64,000 nucleotides of DNA from a bacterium (GTDB lineage: Bacteria; Patescibacteriota; Gracilibacteria; UBA1369; PNNO01): NCBI GenBank assembly GCA_021158225.1, contig JAGGUZ010000005.1, forward strand, positions 18,882-82,881, written 5' to 3'. Shown in pieces: positions 10,466 through 19,740 of the stretch. Below the pieces are notes generated by a model, which did not search any database, was not told where the DNA came from, and worked only from the letters and a program-made list of their open reading frames with translations. The position numbers were made by a program, and so were the translations under genes. Numbering within the stretch: the first letter of the stretch is position 1; each line of letters starts with the position of its first letter.

Positions 10466-10774
10466 ATGATTAATACGTCTCTTGATATTCTCTACATAGT
10501 CCTTGCGGCGGTTATTTTGCTTGTCGGGATTTTACTTGCAATTGCGATTATATATTTAATTTTTATATTAAGAGATGCTAGTAAAGCTACATATTTCGTA
10601 AAAGATACAGCTCAGAAGTTAAATGATTTTGTGTATAAGCCACTTTTAGTTGCACAATCTATAATGGATAAGATCAGTCCGATTTTGGAATCGATGAGAG
10701 AAAAGGGTGGAGATGCTGTTGAAAATGTTACCAAAAATAAAGTTAAGAAGAGGGAGCGTCCAAAGAAGAAATAA
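10466..10774 (+). CDS. Hypothetical single-TM membrane protein
   Basis: Long N-terminal hydrophobic helix, amphipathic helix and basic tail. Confidence 0.7.
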   Translation: MINTSLDILYIVLAAVILLVGILLAIAIIYLIFILRDASKATYFVKDTAQKLNDFVYKPLLVAQSIMDKISPILESMREKGGDAVENVTKNKVKKRERPKKK

Positions 10775-11555
10775 TTCTTATTGGAAATTTGATTGTCGCA
10801 TTATAAATACGTCTCCATCTTGATGGTTCTTGAATTAATCTATAAAGCCACTCGAGTCCGATTTTTTGCATCCATTTTGGAGAACGAACTTTTGTTCCTG
10901 ATATAAAATCGAGCGTCCCGCCTATTCCAATTGCAATCTTTACTGTTTTTAGTCTGTTAATCACTTTCGAAATCCATAATTCTTGAGCTGGAGCTCCATA
11001 TGCCACAAAAAGAATGTCCGCTTCAGATTTATCTATCATATTAATAATTTCATCCATTTCTTTATCATCGGGTGATCCCGAATGGGTTCCGTTAATGGCA
11101 AGCCCGGGATATTTTTTTTCCAAAATATCAGCTGCTTTTTTAGCAACTCCGGGTGCCGCTCCAAGGAAAAAACAGTTTATACTTTCTTTTGCTATTTTCT
11201 TGCATATTGTCTGCATTAAATCGGCGCCTGTAACTCTTTCTTGTAGTACTTTCTTAAAATAAGCTGGGTAAAGTATTACCAGTGGCAATGTTAAAAAAGC
11301 TTTAATTTTACCGCTTTTATTATAAATGTGTGTAGCCGCCCAAAGTATTCCAATTCCATCGGGTACATTTAGTAGCGAGTGTTTTAATACATTTTTAAAT
11401 GTTGAGTTTCTCTGTGATTCAAGTAGCATTTCCGGATTAGGTGTACATATATATCCCTTTTTTCCGTTTTTAACGCTATCTACAACAAATGACGAAGCTT
11501 TTTCAAGAGTTGTATTTTTAAACGGGATTCCCAGTACCGTTATTTCTTTTGGCAT
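10743..11555 (-). CDS. WecB/TagA/CpsF family glycosyltransferase
   Basis: TPNPEM, PDGIG, ERVTGADL, VAYGAPAQELW, GIGGTLDF, GLEWLYRL..EP.RWRR; ATG at 11555 preferred as start. Confidence 0.93.
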   Translation of the reverse strand: MPKEITVLGIPFKNTTLEKASSFVVDSVKNGKKGYICTPNPEMLLESQRNSTFKNVLKHSLLNVPDGIGILWAATHIYNKSGKIKAFLTLPLVILYPAYFKKVLQERVTGADLMQTICKKIAKESINCFFLGAAPGVAKKAADILEKKYPGLAINGTHSGSPDDKEMDEIINMIDKSEADILFVAYGAPAQELWISKVINRLKTVKIAIGIGGTLDFISGTKVRSPKWMQKIGLEWLYRLIQEPSRWRRIYNATIKFPIRIISSLDAPSS

Positions 11556-12223
11556 ATCAAGCAAATATTATGATTGTTCTTAGTATAGAACATTTTGACT
11601 ATATTAAAACCATTCTTCTTGAATAATTTTCTAAGTTCATTTGGTGTAAAAGCATGATAGTACCTCTTAATATTCGTCTTTCCCCATGGAATAAATGTGT
11701 CGTTCCAATCGTATTCTCCAAAATGAACAATAAAGTTGAACAATGATTTGATTATGTGTCTTCTATAGCGTTTTTGAAAGAGATTCCACACGGTGAATAT
11801 TGCATATCCGTTTTTTTTAAGAACTCTATTCGTTTCCTGAATACTTTTATTACGCAAGTCGGAGGAGGGGATATGATGTAAGCTAGCTATAGAAAACAAT
11901 ATATCTGCTTCATCATGAAATGGAATTTGCAGTAAATTTCCGACTACAAAATTAGTACTTGGATAATTTTTTTGTGCATAGGTAATCAGTGTTTCATTAT
12001 TATCGATGCCGGTATATGAAATATTTTTTATATCTTTCAAGAATGTATAAAGTCTTCCGTTCCCGCATCCAAGGTCTAAAATTCTATCTCCTTCTTTTAT
12101 ATATTTTTTAAACGAACTGAACTCATGCCAAGGATGATTTCTTGTCTTGGAGAAACTGTCGGCAATTTCTAAATAATCGTCGTGAACTTTTTTTAATAAT
12201 TTTTTTGCAGTGTCTTGTTTCAT
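11540..12223 (-). CDS. Class I SAM methyltransferase, Trm9/ALKBH8-like (putative tRNA cm5U34 methyltransferase)
   Basis: VH..Y.EIA..FS.TR..PW, DLGCGNGR, SIASLHHI, RVLK.NG...FTVW, IPW...RYYHAF...EL. Confidence 0.75.
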   Translation of the reverse strand: MKQDTAKKLLKKVHDDYLEIADSFSKTRNHPWHEFSSFKKYIKEGDRILDLGCGNGRLYTFLKDIKNISYTGIDNNETLITYAQKNYPSTNFVVGNLLQIPFHDEADILFSIASLHHIPSSDLRNKSIQETNRVLKKNGYAIFTVWNLFQKRYRRHIIKSLFNFIVHFGEYDWNDTFIPWGKTNIKRYYHAFTPNELRKLFKKNGFNIVKMFYTKNNHNICLICQKK

Positions 12224-12293
12224 GCTTTACAATCAGAGGCGAACATTAGTGAGACTCATTATTCCGCACAAATTTACCTTACTAAAAAGATTT

Positions 12294-13883
12294 ATGAATC
12301 GCAAGCAGGCAGATATTCTGGAAAGTTTAATCAAAGATGGTATTAACTTTAAAGTGTCTTCTCAAAAAGAATTACAGTCGTTAAAAAACACTTATAGCCT
12401 TAAATATAAGGTGAGTTCTCCCACCAATGTTTCTCTGATAAAAACATATAGAGACTTGGTTAAAAATGGAGAAATAAAAGAAAATCAGTTTTTTTTCGAA
12501 CTTCTTAAAAAAAGGAAAATAAGATCAAGGTCTGGTATTGCCAATGTTACAGTGCTAACAAAGGCGTATGCGTGTCCTGGAAATTGTATTTTTTGTCCAT
12601 CGGAACCAGATATGCCCAAGAGTTATCTCTCAAATGAACCCGCAATGATGCGCGCCATACTTAACGATTTTAGTGGTTTTCGACAAGTTAAAAATAGATT
12701 AAAAGGACTTGAACGAACGGGTCATCCAACGGAAAAAATCGAAATTATTGTTGCCGGGGGAACTTTTTCTTATTATCCAAAAGCATATCAGACTTCATTT
12801 ATTAGAAGTGTTTTTAATGCTCTTAATGAAAAGAAATTTAGGTCTTTAAAAGATGCCCAGAAGTATAATGAGACGGCCAAGCATAGATGTGTGGGGTTAT
12901 CATTGGAAACTCGCCCTGACTGGATAAATATTGAGGAAATAAAGCGTATGAGGATTCTTGGGGCGACAAAAGTCGAGATAGGTATTCAAACGCTTGATGA
13001 CGAAATATTAATCGCAAACAGACGTGGACATAAAGTGGATGCGGTACGCAAGGCTATGAAAATGCTAAAAGATGCTGGATTTAAAATAAATGCTCATATG
13101 ATGCCGAACTTGTATAAAAGTACTATAGAAAAAGACAAAGAAGTTTTTCAAGAGCTGTTTGAGGATGAGGATTTTAAGCCGGATTGGTTAAAGATTTATC
13201 CATGTGTTGTAACTCCGTATTCGCAACTTGAAAAATTATTTAAAGAAGGGAAGCATAAGCCTTATACGGACAGCGAATTGATTGATCTTATTATTGATCT
13301 TAAAAAAATGGTCCCTTACTATACTCGTATTGCTCGTTTATATAGAGATATTCCCGCTGAAAGTATTTTAGGCGGATCAAAATTATCCAATTTAAGGCAA
13401 ATTGTTCAGGAGGAAATGAAAAAAAGAGGGGAGAGTTGTCAATGTATCAGATGTAGGGAAATTAAAGATAATATACCAAAAAAAGAAAATATAAAGCTGG
13501 TTGTTCGTGAATATGATTCGTCGGGAGGAAAAGAATTTTTTCTGAGTTTTGAAGATATAAAAGAAAATAAGTTAATTTCTTTTTTACGATTAAGATTTCC
13601 GTCACAATTGTTTGCCGGTGAAAAACATTTCATAAAAGAGTTGCAAGATAGCGCTATAATAAGAGAATTACATACATACGGAACGCACCTTGCCATATCG
13701 GAAAAGAAAAGGGGAGCGTCTCAGCATAAAGGGTATGGGAAGAGACTTCTTGAAAAGGCTGAGGAGATTACCAAAAAATATAAAATCAAAAATTTGGCTG
13801 TAATAAGCGGAATAGGAGTCCGAGAATATTATAGGAAACGAGGTTTTAGATTAAAAGGGACCTATATGAGTAAGCAAGTTTAA
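12294..13883 (+). CDS. elp3: Elp3-family radical SAM/GNAT protein (tRNA U34 carboxymethylation)
   Basis: CPGNCIFCP, PKSY, GGTF, ETRPD, LKIYP, RLYRDIP, CQCIRCRE, IRELH.YG, QHKGYG..LL, ISGIGVREYYRKRG; ATG at 12294 preferred. Confidence 0.93.
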   Translation: MNRKQADILESLIKDGINFKVSSQKELQSLKNTYSLKYKVSSPTNVSLIKTYRDLVKNGEIKENQFFFELLKKRKIRSRSGIANVTVLTKAYACPGNCIFCPSEPDMPKSYLSNEPAMMRAILNDFSGFRQVKNRLKGLERTGHPTEKIEIIVAGGTFSYYPKAYQTSFIRSVFNALNEKKFRSLKDAQKYNETAKHRCVGLSLETRPDWINIEEIKRMRILGATKVEIGIQTLDDEILIANRRGHKVDAVRKAMKMLKDAGFKINAHMMPNLYKSTIEKDKEVFQELFEDEDFKPDWLKIYPCVVTPYSQLEKLFKEGKHKPYTDSELIDLIIDLKKMVPYYTRIARLYRDIPAESILGGSKLSNLRQIVQEEMKKRGESCQCIRCREIKDNIPKKENIKLVVREYDSSGGKEFFLSFEDIKENKLISFLRLRFPSQLFAGEKHFIKELQDSAIIRELHTYGTHLAISEKKRGASQHKGYGKRLLEKAEEITKKYKIKNLAVISGIGVREYYRKRGFRLKGTYMSKQV

Positions 13884-14012
13884 GACATAATTTCTTGAAC
13901 ATCTGCGGACACATCTACTTGGGTTCTTTCCGGGTTCTTACCTTCGTTTGTATATAATCCGAGTAGTGTTTCGAGATACTGCGTGAATAGGTGACAAGTC
14001 AACCCATATAAT

Positions 14013-14036
14013 TTTGCACAATATATCTTGTGCAAA
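14013..14036. promoter_or_regulatory. Perfect 9-bp inverted repeat TTTGCACAA-N6-TTGTGCAAA (operator or hairpin)
   Basis: Direct reading; lies between elp3 and pabA. Confidence 0.45.
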
Positions 14037-14284
14037 CAAATAGCTAAATTTTGGATTGTATAGTTGTTCTAATATAGAAATATACATCAGTTAGATATGT
14101 TTCTCTATTTTCAATAATCCGTTTATGGCTTGTACAAACTCATAATTCAGAACTTTCGATTTAAGGCGCTTTAATAAAAAAGATGATATCGTAGTACCTT
14201 TTTTATTAAAATCAGAACGATTATTTGCTTCTTCTATTCGTTTTTCTTTGTTATAGTATGTTTCCTGTCTAATTCTAAATTTTA

Positions 14285-14857
14285 ATGAAAAAAATTTTAC
14301 TTATTGATAATTATGATTCATTTACATATAACTTGTATCAACAAATTAAAAAACAGAAAAATTTTTTTGTAGATGTTATACGTCATGATATTGAAAATTT
14401 TACAAAACTTGACATTGCACGAAATTATGATGGTATTGTAATTTCGCCGGGACCCGGATGTCCGGATGATACTGGTATTACCAATTTTATTATAGAAAAA
14501 TATTATACTAAAATGCCGATTTTTGGTGTTTGCTTGGGGATGCAGTGTATTAACGAAGTCTTTGGGGGAGTTACAATTACCGCTCCCCTTCCCATTCATG
14601 GGAAAAAGTCTCCTATTCTACATATTGGAAAAGGACTCTTTGAAAATGTACCTCAAAATATTGAAGTTGCACGCTATCATTCGCTTATTATAGATCAAAT
14701 CCCTGACTCTCTAAATGTGGTCGCTCAGACAGAAGAAGGGCTTCCGATGGCAATTGAGCATAAGGAGTATCCTGTTTTTGGAGTTCAATTTCATCCGGAA
14801 TCTTTTATGACTCAAAACGGTGATACGATTATTAGGAATTTTATAGAAATTTTATGA
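14285..14857 (+). CDS. pabA: Aminodeoxychorismate/anthranilate synthase component II (glutamine amidotransferase)
   Basis: IDNYDSFTYNL, ISPGPG, GVCLGMQ, RYHSL, GVQFHPES. Confidence 0.92.
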   Translation: MKKILLIDNYDSFTYNLYQQIKKQKNFFVDVIRHDIENFTKLDIARNYDGIVISPGPGCPDDTGITNFIIEKYYTKMPIFGVCLGMQCINEVFGGVTITAPLPIHGKKSPILHIGKGLFENVPQNIEVARYHSLIIDQIPDSLNVVAQTEEGLPMAIEHKEYPVFGVQFHPESFMTQNGDTIIRNFIEIL

Positions 14858-16143
14858 AATTAAAATTAACCGAAGTTAAATTAAGTAAAACACCCGAGCA
14901 ATTCTATGCACCATTTGCAAAAGAGCCGTATAGTGCACTTTTAACTGGAAATGGCATGAAAGACAACAGTAGATACTCATTTGTCGGTCTAAATCCTTTT
15001 TATATTCATATAAGCCAAGAAGATCCATTTAATGATCTTAATGAGCTTTTAGAAAAATATTCCGTAAAAAATTACGAGTATCCTTTGAATTTATGGAGTT
15101 GTATTGGATTTGTGTCTTATGATAGCTCACATATAATAGAAAATCTTCCAAAAACAACTAAAGATTCGTATTGTATTCCAAAAGCGATGATTGTTTTTTA
15201 TAAAGATTTTATTGTTTTTGATCATCATAAGAACAAACAGTTTCTAATTCAGGCTTTGATTAACAATGATTATACAGATCTGTCGAATATTTTTGATATT
15301 AAAAGTAAACCATATCAATTTTTTACAACCAATAAAATAAGCTGTAGTAGCAAAGAAGATTATTGCGAAAGAGTGGAAAGAATAATCGACTATATTAAAG
15401 GAGGAGATGTTTATGAAGTTAATCTTTCCCACCAATGTTCAACAACTTTTAAAGGTGATCCTTATGCCATTTTCCAGAAGTTATATGCTTTAAACCCTGC
15501 TCCGTTTTCAGCATATTTATCATTTGGAGATTATGCTATTATTTCAAATTCTCCCGAACGATTTCTGTATGCCAACGGAAGGGACATAGAAACTCGACCT
15601 ATTAAAGGGACTATCTCTCGCGGTACAAACGAAGAAGAGGATTCTAAAAATAAAACTAATCTTTTGACTTCTGAAAAAGATTCGGCCGAACTTGCAATGA
15701 TAGTTGACTTGCTTCGAAATGATCTTGGAAAGGTAAGTGAAATTGGAAGTATTATTGTGAAAGATCACAAGAGACTCGAATCTTTTAAAAATGTTTGGCA
15801 TTTAATCTCGATTATAAAAAGTCGGCTTAAAAAAGATATAAAATATGGTGATTTGTTAAGAGCAACTTTTCCCGGAGGGTCAATTACCGGATGCCCAAAA
15901 ATAAGGAGTATGAAGATTATTGATGAACTTGAAAAATATACCAGACATTTGTACACAGGATCTATTTTTGTTGCAAACAATACTCGTTTTGATTCAAATA
16001 TAGTTATTAGAACGGTAGTAGCTCACAAAAACAATTTATATTTTAATGTTGGAGGCGCGGTTGTTTACGATTCAATTCCAAAAAAAGAGTATGAAGAAAC
16101 TTTAATTAAGGCTAAAAGTATAATAAAAATTCTTAATCCTTAA
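14854..16143 (+). CDS. pabB: Aminodeoxychorismate synthase component I
   Basis: GDVYEVNLS, SPERF, PIKGT (PabB-type lysine; TrpE has PIAGT), MIVDLLRNDL, FPGGSITGCPK. Confidence 0.88.
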   Translation: MKLKLTEVKLSKTPEQFYAPFAKEPYSALLTGNGMKDNSRYSFVGLNPFYIHISQEDPFNDLNELLEKYSVKNYEYPLNLWSCIGFVSYDSSHIIENLPKTTKDSYCIPKAMIVFYKDFIVFDHHKNKQFLIQALINNDYTDLSNIFDIKSKPYQFFTTNKISCSSKEDYCERVERIIDYIKGGDVYEVNLSHQCSTTFKGDPYAIFQKLYALNPAPFSAYLSFGDYAIISNSPERFLYANGRDIETRPIKGTISRGTNEEEDSKNKTNLLTSEKDSAELAMIVDLLRNDLGKVSEIGSIIVKDHKRLESFKNVWHLISIIKSRLKKDIKYGDLLRATFPGGSITGCPKIRSMKIIDELEKYTRHLYTGSIFVANNTRFDSNIVIRTVVAHKNNLYFNVGGAVVYDSIPKKEYEETLIKAKSIIKILNP

Positions 16144-18172
16144 CATAAACATCTTCAAGCCTGTTTATTTTCTCTTTTAATCGTGGATAGTTTTTGAGCT
16201 CCGGATCTTTTTCGATTATTGCTTGTGCTTCTAGTCGAGCTTTTTCAATATTTACGGAATCCGTTAAGGAAGCAAGTTTTAAATCCGGTATTCCGCTTTG
16301 TTTGACTCCGTAAATTTCTCCTGGACCTCTTAAAGCTAAATCAATTTCCGCTAATTTAAATCCGGATGAATATTTAACCATAGAAGAAAGTCTTTGACCG
16401 GATTCTTGTGATTTGTTTTCTGTAAACAAGAAACAATACGATTGGTGCTCTCCCCTTCCAACTCGTCCTCTAAACTGATGAAGTTGAGAAAGCCCAAACC
16501 TCTCTGCTCCTTCAATAAGCATAATTGTGGCGTTCGGGACATCTATCCCCACTTCCACAACCGATGTTGAAACCAGAATGTTAATTTTATTTTTCGCGAA
16601 ATCTTCCATTATTTCGTTTTTCTCCGCAGATTTAAGTTTTCCATGAAGTAGTCCTATTTCATGTTGAGGGAAAATGTGTTCTTTAAGATGTGCATATTCT
16701 TGAGTAACAGATTTAACTCCAAGAATGTCCGACTCGTCAATTAAAGGGCAAATTACAAACACTTGTCTTCCCTTGTTTACTTGGTCTTCAATCCATCTGT
16801 ATGCGTCGATTCGTTTGTTCTCCGGGATTAAGCGGGTTATTATTTCTTGCCTTCCTTTTGGCATTTCATCGATAATCGAGAGATCCTGATCTCCGTATAA
16901 AGTTATGGCAAGCGTTCTTGGAATTGGAGTGGCCGATAAACTTAACAAATGGGGGCTTCCAAAACTTTTAAGTACGCTTCTTTGTTTAACTCCAAATCTA
17001 TGCTGTTCGTCCACAACGGCAAGTCCCAATTTTTTAAACCCGATTTTATCTTGGATTAACGCATGTGTGCCGATAACAATATCTACCGTCCCTCTTTTCA
17101 TTTGAGAAATTAATTCCAGCTTTTGCTTTCCAGTACTGCTTCCGGAAATAAACTGAATATTTAATCCGTATGGGAGAAGAAATTTATATATACTTTGATA
17201 ATGTTGTTTTGCAAGTATTTCTGTCGGAGCCATTATGGCGCATTGGAAACCGGCTTTTACGGCATTTAGAATAGCTGCAATAGCAACGATTGTTTTCCCG
17301 GATCCAACATCTCCTTGTACAAGTCTACTCATTGGATATGGCTTTTCCATATCTTGCAAGATTTCATATAAAGTTTTTTTCTGCGCTCTCGTTAGCTCAA
17401 AAGGAAGATTTTTAATAAAATCTTTTATTAATTCTATATTCTGCGGAATTGAGACTTTATCTTGACTTGCAACTTGTTGCCATTGCCATTTCTTTTGAAG
17501 TGCGCGAAGTTGCAGGACAAAGAGCTCATCAAAGCCAAGTCTTTCGCGAGCTTTGTTCAACATCGCTTTGTTTTCAGGGAAGTGTATATTCTTAATTGCC
17601 TCGTTTAGGTGTAAGAAACCTTGTTTATCAATAATTTCCTCCGGCATATAATCCTTAAAGTACTTTGTCCAGTCATCTATTAAAGGCTTTATTTTTTCCC
17701 GCAACCATTTTGAACTAATTCCTTCTGTCTCATGATAAACAGGAACAATTCTTTCACTGTGAATTTGTTCTTCTTTTCGCAATTCAAATGTTGGACTTTG
17801 TAAAGTTGTTTGCCCGAATGCGAATTTCGCTTTTCCCGTCATAACAACTTCGCTTCCGTTAAAAAGCATCCTTTTTATATGAGGTTGATGAAACCAAACT
17901 ACTCCAATAGTCCCGGTGTCATCTGTTAATTTTGCCATAGTCATGAGTTTTCCGGTTTTCGTTTTTCGATTAAAAATGTGTGTAATAATTCCCCTAATGG
18001 TATTAACTTCATTAAGCTTAATATTCCCGATAGATGTCACCTCGCTACGATCGTTATAAGTACGCGGGAAATTAATGAGTAAATCCCCTGCCGTAACAAT
18101 CCCCATATTTTTTAATTTATTTAGATGTCTCGATGTAGTCCTAAGAACATCCTCAAGTTGTGTGTCTAGCAT
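16133..18172 (-). CDS. recG: ATP-dependent DNA helicase RecG
   Basis: QGDVGSGKT, DEQHRFGV, SATPIPRTL, AERFGLSQLHQFRGRVGR. Confidence 0.98.
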   Translation of the reverse strand: MLDTQLEDVLRTTSRHLNKLKNMGIVTAGDLLINFPRTYNDRSEVTSIGNIKLNEVNTIRGIITHIFNRKTKTGKLMTMAKLTDDTGTIGVVWFHQPHIKRMLFNGSEVVMTGKAKFAFGQTTLQSPTFELRKEEQIHSERIVPVYHETEGISSKWLREKIKPLIDDWTKYFKDYMPEEIIDKQGFLHLNEAIKNIHFPENKAMLNKARERLGFDELFVLQLRALQKKWQWQQVASQDKVSIPQNIELIKDFIKNLPFELTRAQKKTLYEILQDMEKPYPMSRLVQGDVGSGKTIVAIAAILNAVKAGFQCAIMAPTEILAKQHYQSIYKFLLPYGLNIQFISGSSTGKQKLELISQMKRGTVDIVIGTHALIQDKIGFKKLGLAVVDEQHRFGVKQRSVLKSFGSPHLLSLSATPIPRTLAITLYGDQDLSIIDEMPKGRQEIITRLIPENKRIDAYRWIEDQVNKGRQVFVICPLIDESDILGVKSVTQEYAHLKEHIFPQHEIGLLHGKLKSAEKNEIMEDFAKNKINILVSTSVVEVGIDVPNATIMLIEGAERFGLSQLHQFRGRVGRGEHQSYCFLFTENKSQESGQRLSSMVKYSSGFKLAEIDLALRGPGEIYGVKQSGIPDLKLASLTDSVNIEKARLEAQAIIEKDPELKNYPRLKEKINRLEDVYVKD

Positions 18173-18229
18173 TAAGTAACTCTATTATTGAGAGTTTATA
18201 TTATCATACAAGTAATCCCGAGATGAAAT

Positions 18230-19429
18230 TTATGAACCGATTACCTTAAGAAATCTTCTTTTTCCGACCTGAATAACAGTTTCTTTATCTGATGAGATTG
18301 TTATTGTTTCATCAGTTATTTTGTCTCCGTTTATCTTAACAGCACCTTGGGAAAGTAATCTTCGAGCCTCGCTATTTGAAGAGGCTAATCCATTATTCAC
18401 AATTACATTTATCAGTTTTATTTCGTTAGTACCAAGTTTTATCAGCTTAATATCGTTTGGCAATTGATGTTGGCTAAAGACATTCATAAATTCCTGTTCC
18501 ACCTTTTCTCCGTCATCTTTTGAGTGATAAATCGCTACAATTTCCTTCCCAAGTCTTTTCTTAAATGTCATTGGATTTTCTCCTTGGCTTATTGCTTTTT
18601 TAATTTTATCTATTTCTGATAATGGCACATCGGTTGCAAGTTCAAAATACTTTGTAATCAGTTCATCTGGTATGCGCATAACTTTCCCGAACATATCTTT
18701 TGGATTGTCATCAACTGCAATATAATTATCTTCAGATTTCCCCATTTTTTTTACGCCATCTGTTCCTTCCAGAATAGGTACGGTTAAAATATCTTGAGGG
18801 ACTTGGTTGTAAGCTTTTTGTATTGTTCTTCCTGCTAACAAATTAAATGTTTGATCTGTCCCTCCAAGCTCGAGATCCGCTTTTAGTGCTACAGAATCGT
18901 ACCCTTGCATTAAAGGATATAGGAATTCGTGCATAGAGATAGGAAGATTTTTACTTGCTCTGTCCTGAAACATGTCACGTTCCATCATTTGAGCAACGGT
19001 AAAACAAGATGCAAGCTGAACAACATCAGTCAAAGAAAGTTTTTCGAGCCAATCCGCATTCCAACGTACTTCAACTTTGCTTATATCAAGTAAAATACTA
19101 ACTTGATCTATATACTTTCGTGCATTTTTATCAAGTTGTTCTTTAGTTTTTGCTTTTCTTGCCTCCATTTTTCCTGTGGGGTCTCCTATTTGTCCCGTAA
19201 AATTTCCGAATAGAAATATAATTTGGTGACCCATATCCTGAAATTCTTTCAATTTTTTAATAACAACCATGTGACCTATATGAAGATCTGCTCCTGATGG
19301 ATCTATTCCGAATTTAATCTTTAGTTGCTTGCCGGACATCAATTTCTTTTTTAATTCTTCCTTTTGAATAACATCAACAGTTCCTCGAGAAAGAACTTCA
19401 TCAATTTTTTCAGCTGAAATATCAACCAT
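18230..19429 (-). CDS. tyrS: Tyrosine--tRNA ligase
   Basis: DPSGADLHIGH, YPLMQGYDS, GGTDQ, KMGKS, C-terminal S4 domain. Confidence 0.97.
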   Translation of the reverse strand: MVDISAEKIDEVLSRGTVDVIQKEELKKKLMSGKQLKIKFGIDPSGADLHIGHMVVIKKLKEFQDMGHQIIFLFGNFTGQIGDPTGKMEARKAKTKEQLDKNARKYIDQVSILLDISKVEVRWNADWLEKLSLTDVVQLASCFTVAQMMERDMFQDRASKNLPISMHEFLYPLMQGYDSVALKADLELGGTDQTFNLLAGRTIQKAYNQVPQDILTVPILEGTDGVKKMGKSEDNYIAVDDNPKDMFGKVMRIPDELITKYFELATDVPLSEIDKIKKAISQGENPMTFKKRLGKEIVAIYHSKDDGEKVEQEFMNVFSQHQLPNDIKLIKLGTNEIKLINVIVNNGLASSNSEARRLLSQGAVKINGDKITDETITISSDKETVIQVGKRRFLKVIGS

Positions 19430-19509
19430 AATATAATTAGTTTAAATTATAACCTTACTTGTAAATAATATGGCTTTTTCAGGCTTTTGTAAATTATATT
19501 TTTACGCAA

Positions 19510-19611
19510 ACAAAAAAGCAGAAGCGCGCTCCTCTTCCACTTTTTTGGCTTCTACTCTTTTGGTGTAGCTAGTTTGTTAGTGCTCTATGACTCCAACTAA
19601 CTAGCTGCACT
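19510..19611 (-). ncRNA. Candidate ~100-nt structured small RNA (long hairpin plus terminator)
   Basis: Upstream TTGATA-17-TACTAT promoter, stem GUGCAGCUAGUU/AACUAGCUACAC, second stem AGUAGAAGC/GCUUCUGCU followed by a U run; no ORF. Confidence 0.55.
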
Positions 19612-19615
19612 TACT

Positions 19616-19644
19616 ATAGTAGAGTATTGTTACAATATTATCAA
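19616..19644 (-). promoter_or_regulatory. Sigma70-type promoter with a palindrome in its spacer
   Basis: TTGATA (19644-19639), 17 nt, TACTAT (19621-19616); TATTGT-T-ACAATA at 19625-19637. Confidence 0.55.
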
Positions 19645-19740
19645 GGTTTTATGACACTCTCCAACAATCACTTGATTTATTGGTGTATTACTGCAATAAT
19701 ACAAGTGTTGGCGATTGCAAACAACATGATCTCATTTTAT

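Noticed and set aside
19510..19611. T-box riboswitch for tyrS, or a tracrRNA (AAAAAGUGG...GCUUUUUU resemblance)
   Set aside because: No UGGNACC T-box bulge or specifier stem, too short, and tyrS seems to have its own promoter; no cas genes or repeats support a tracrRNA.
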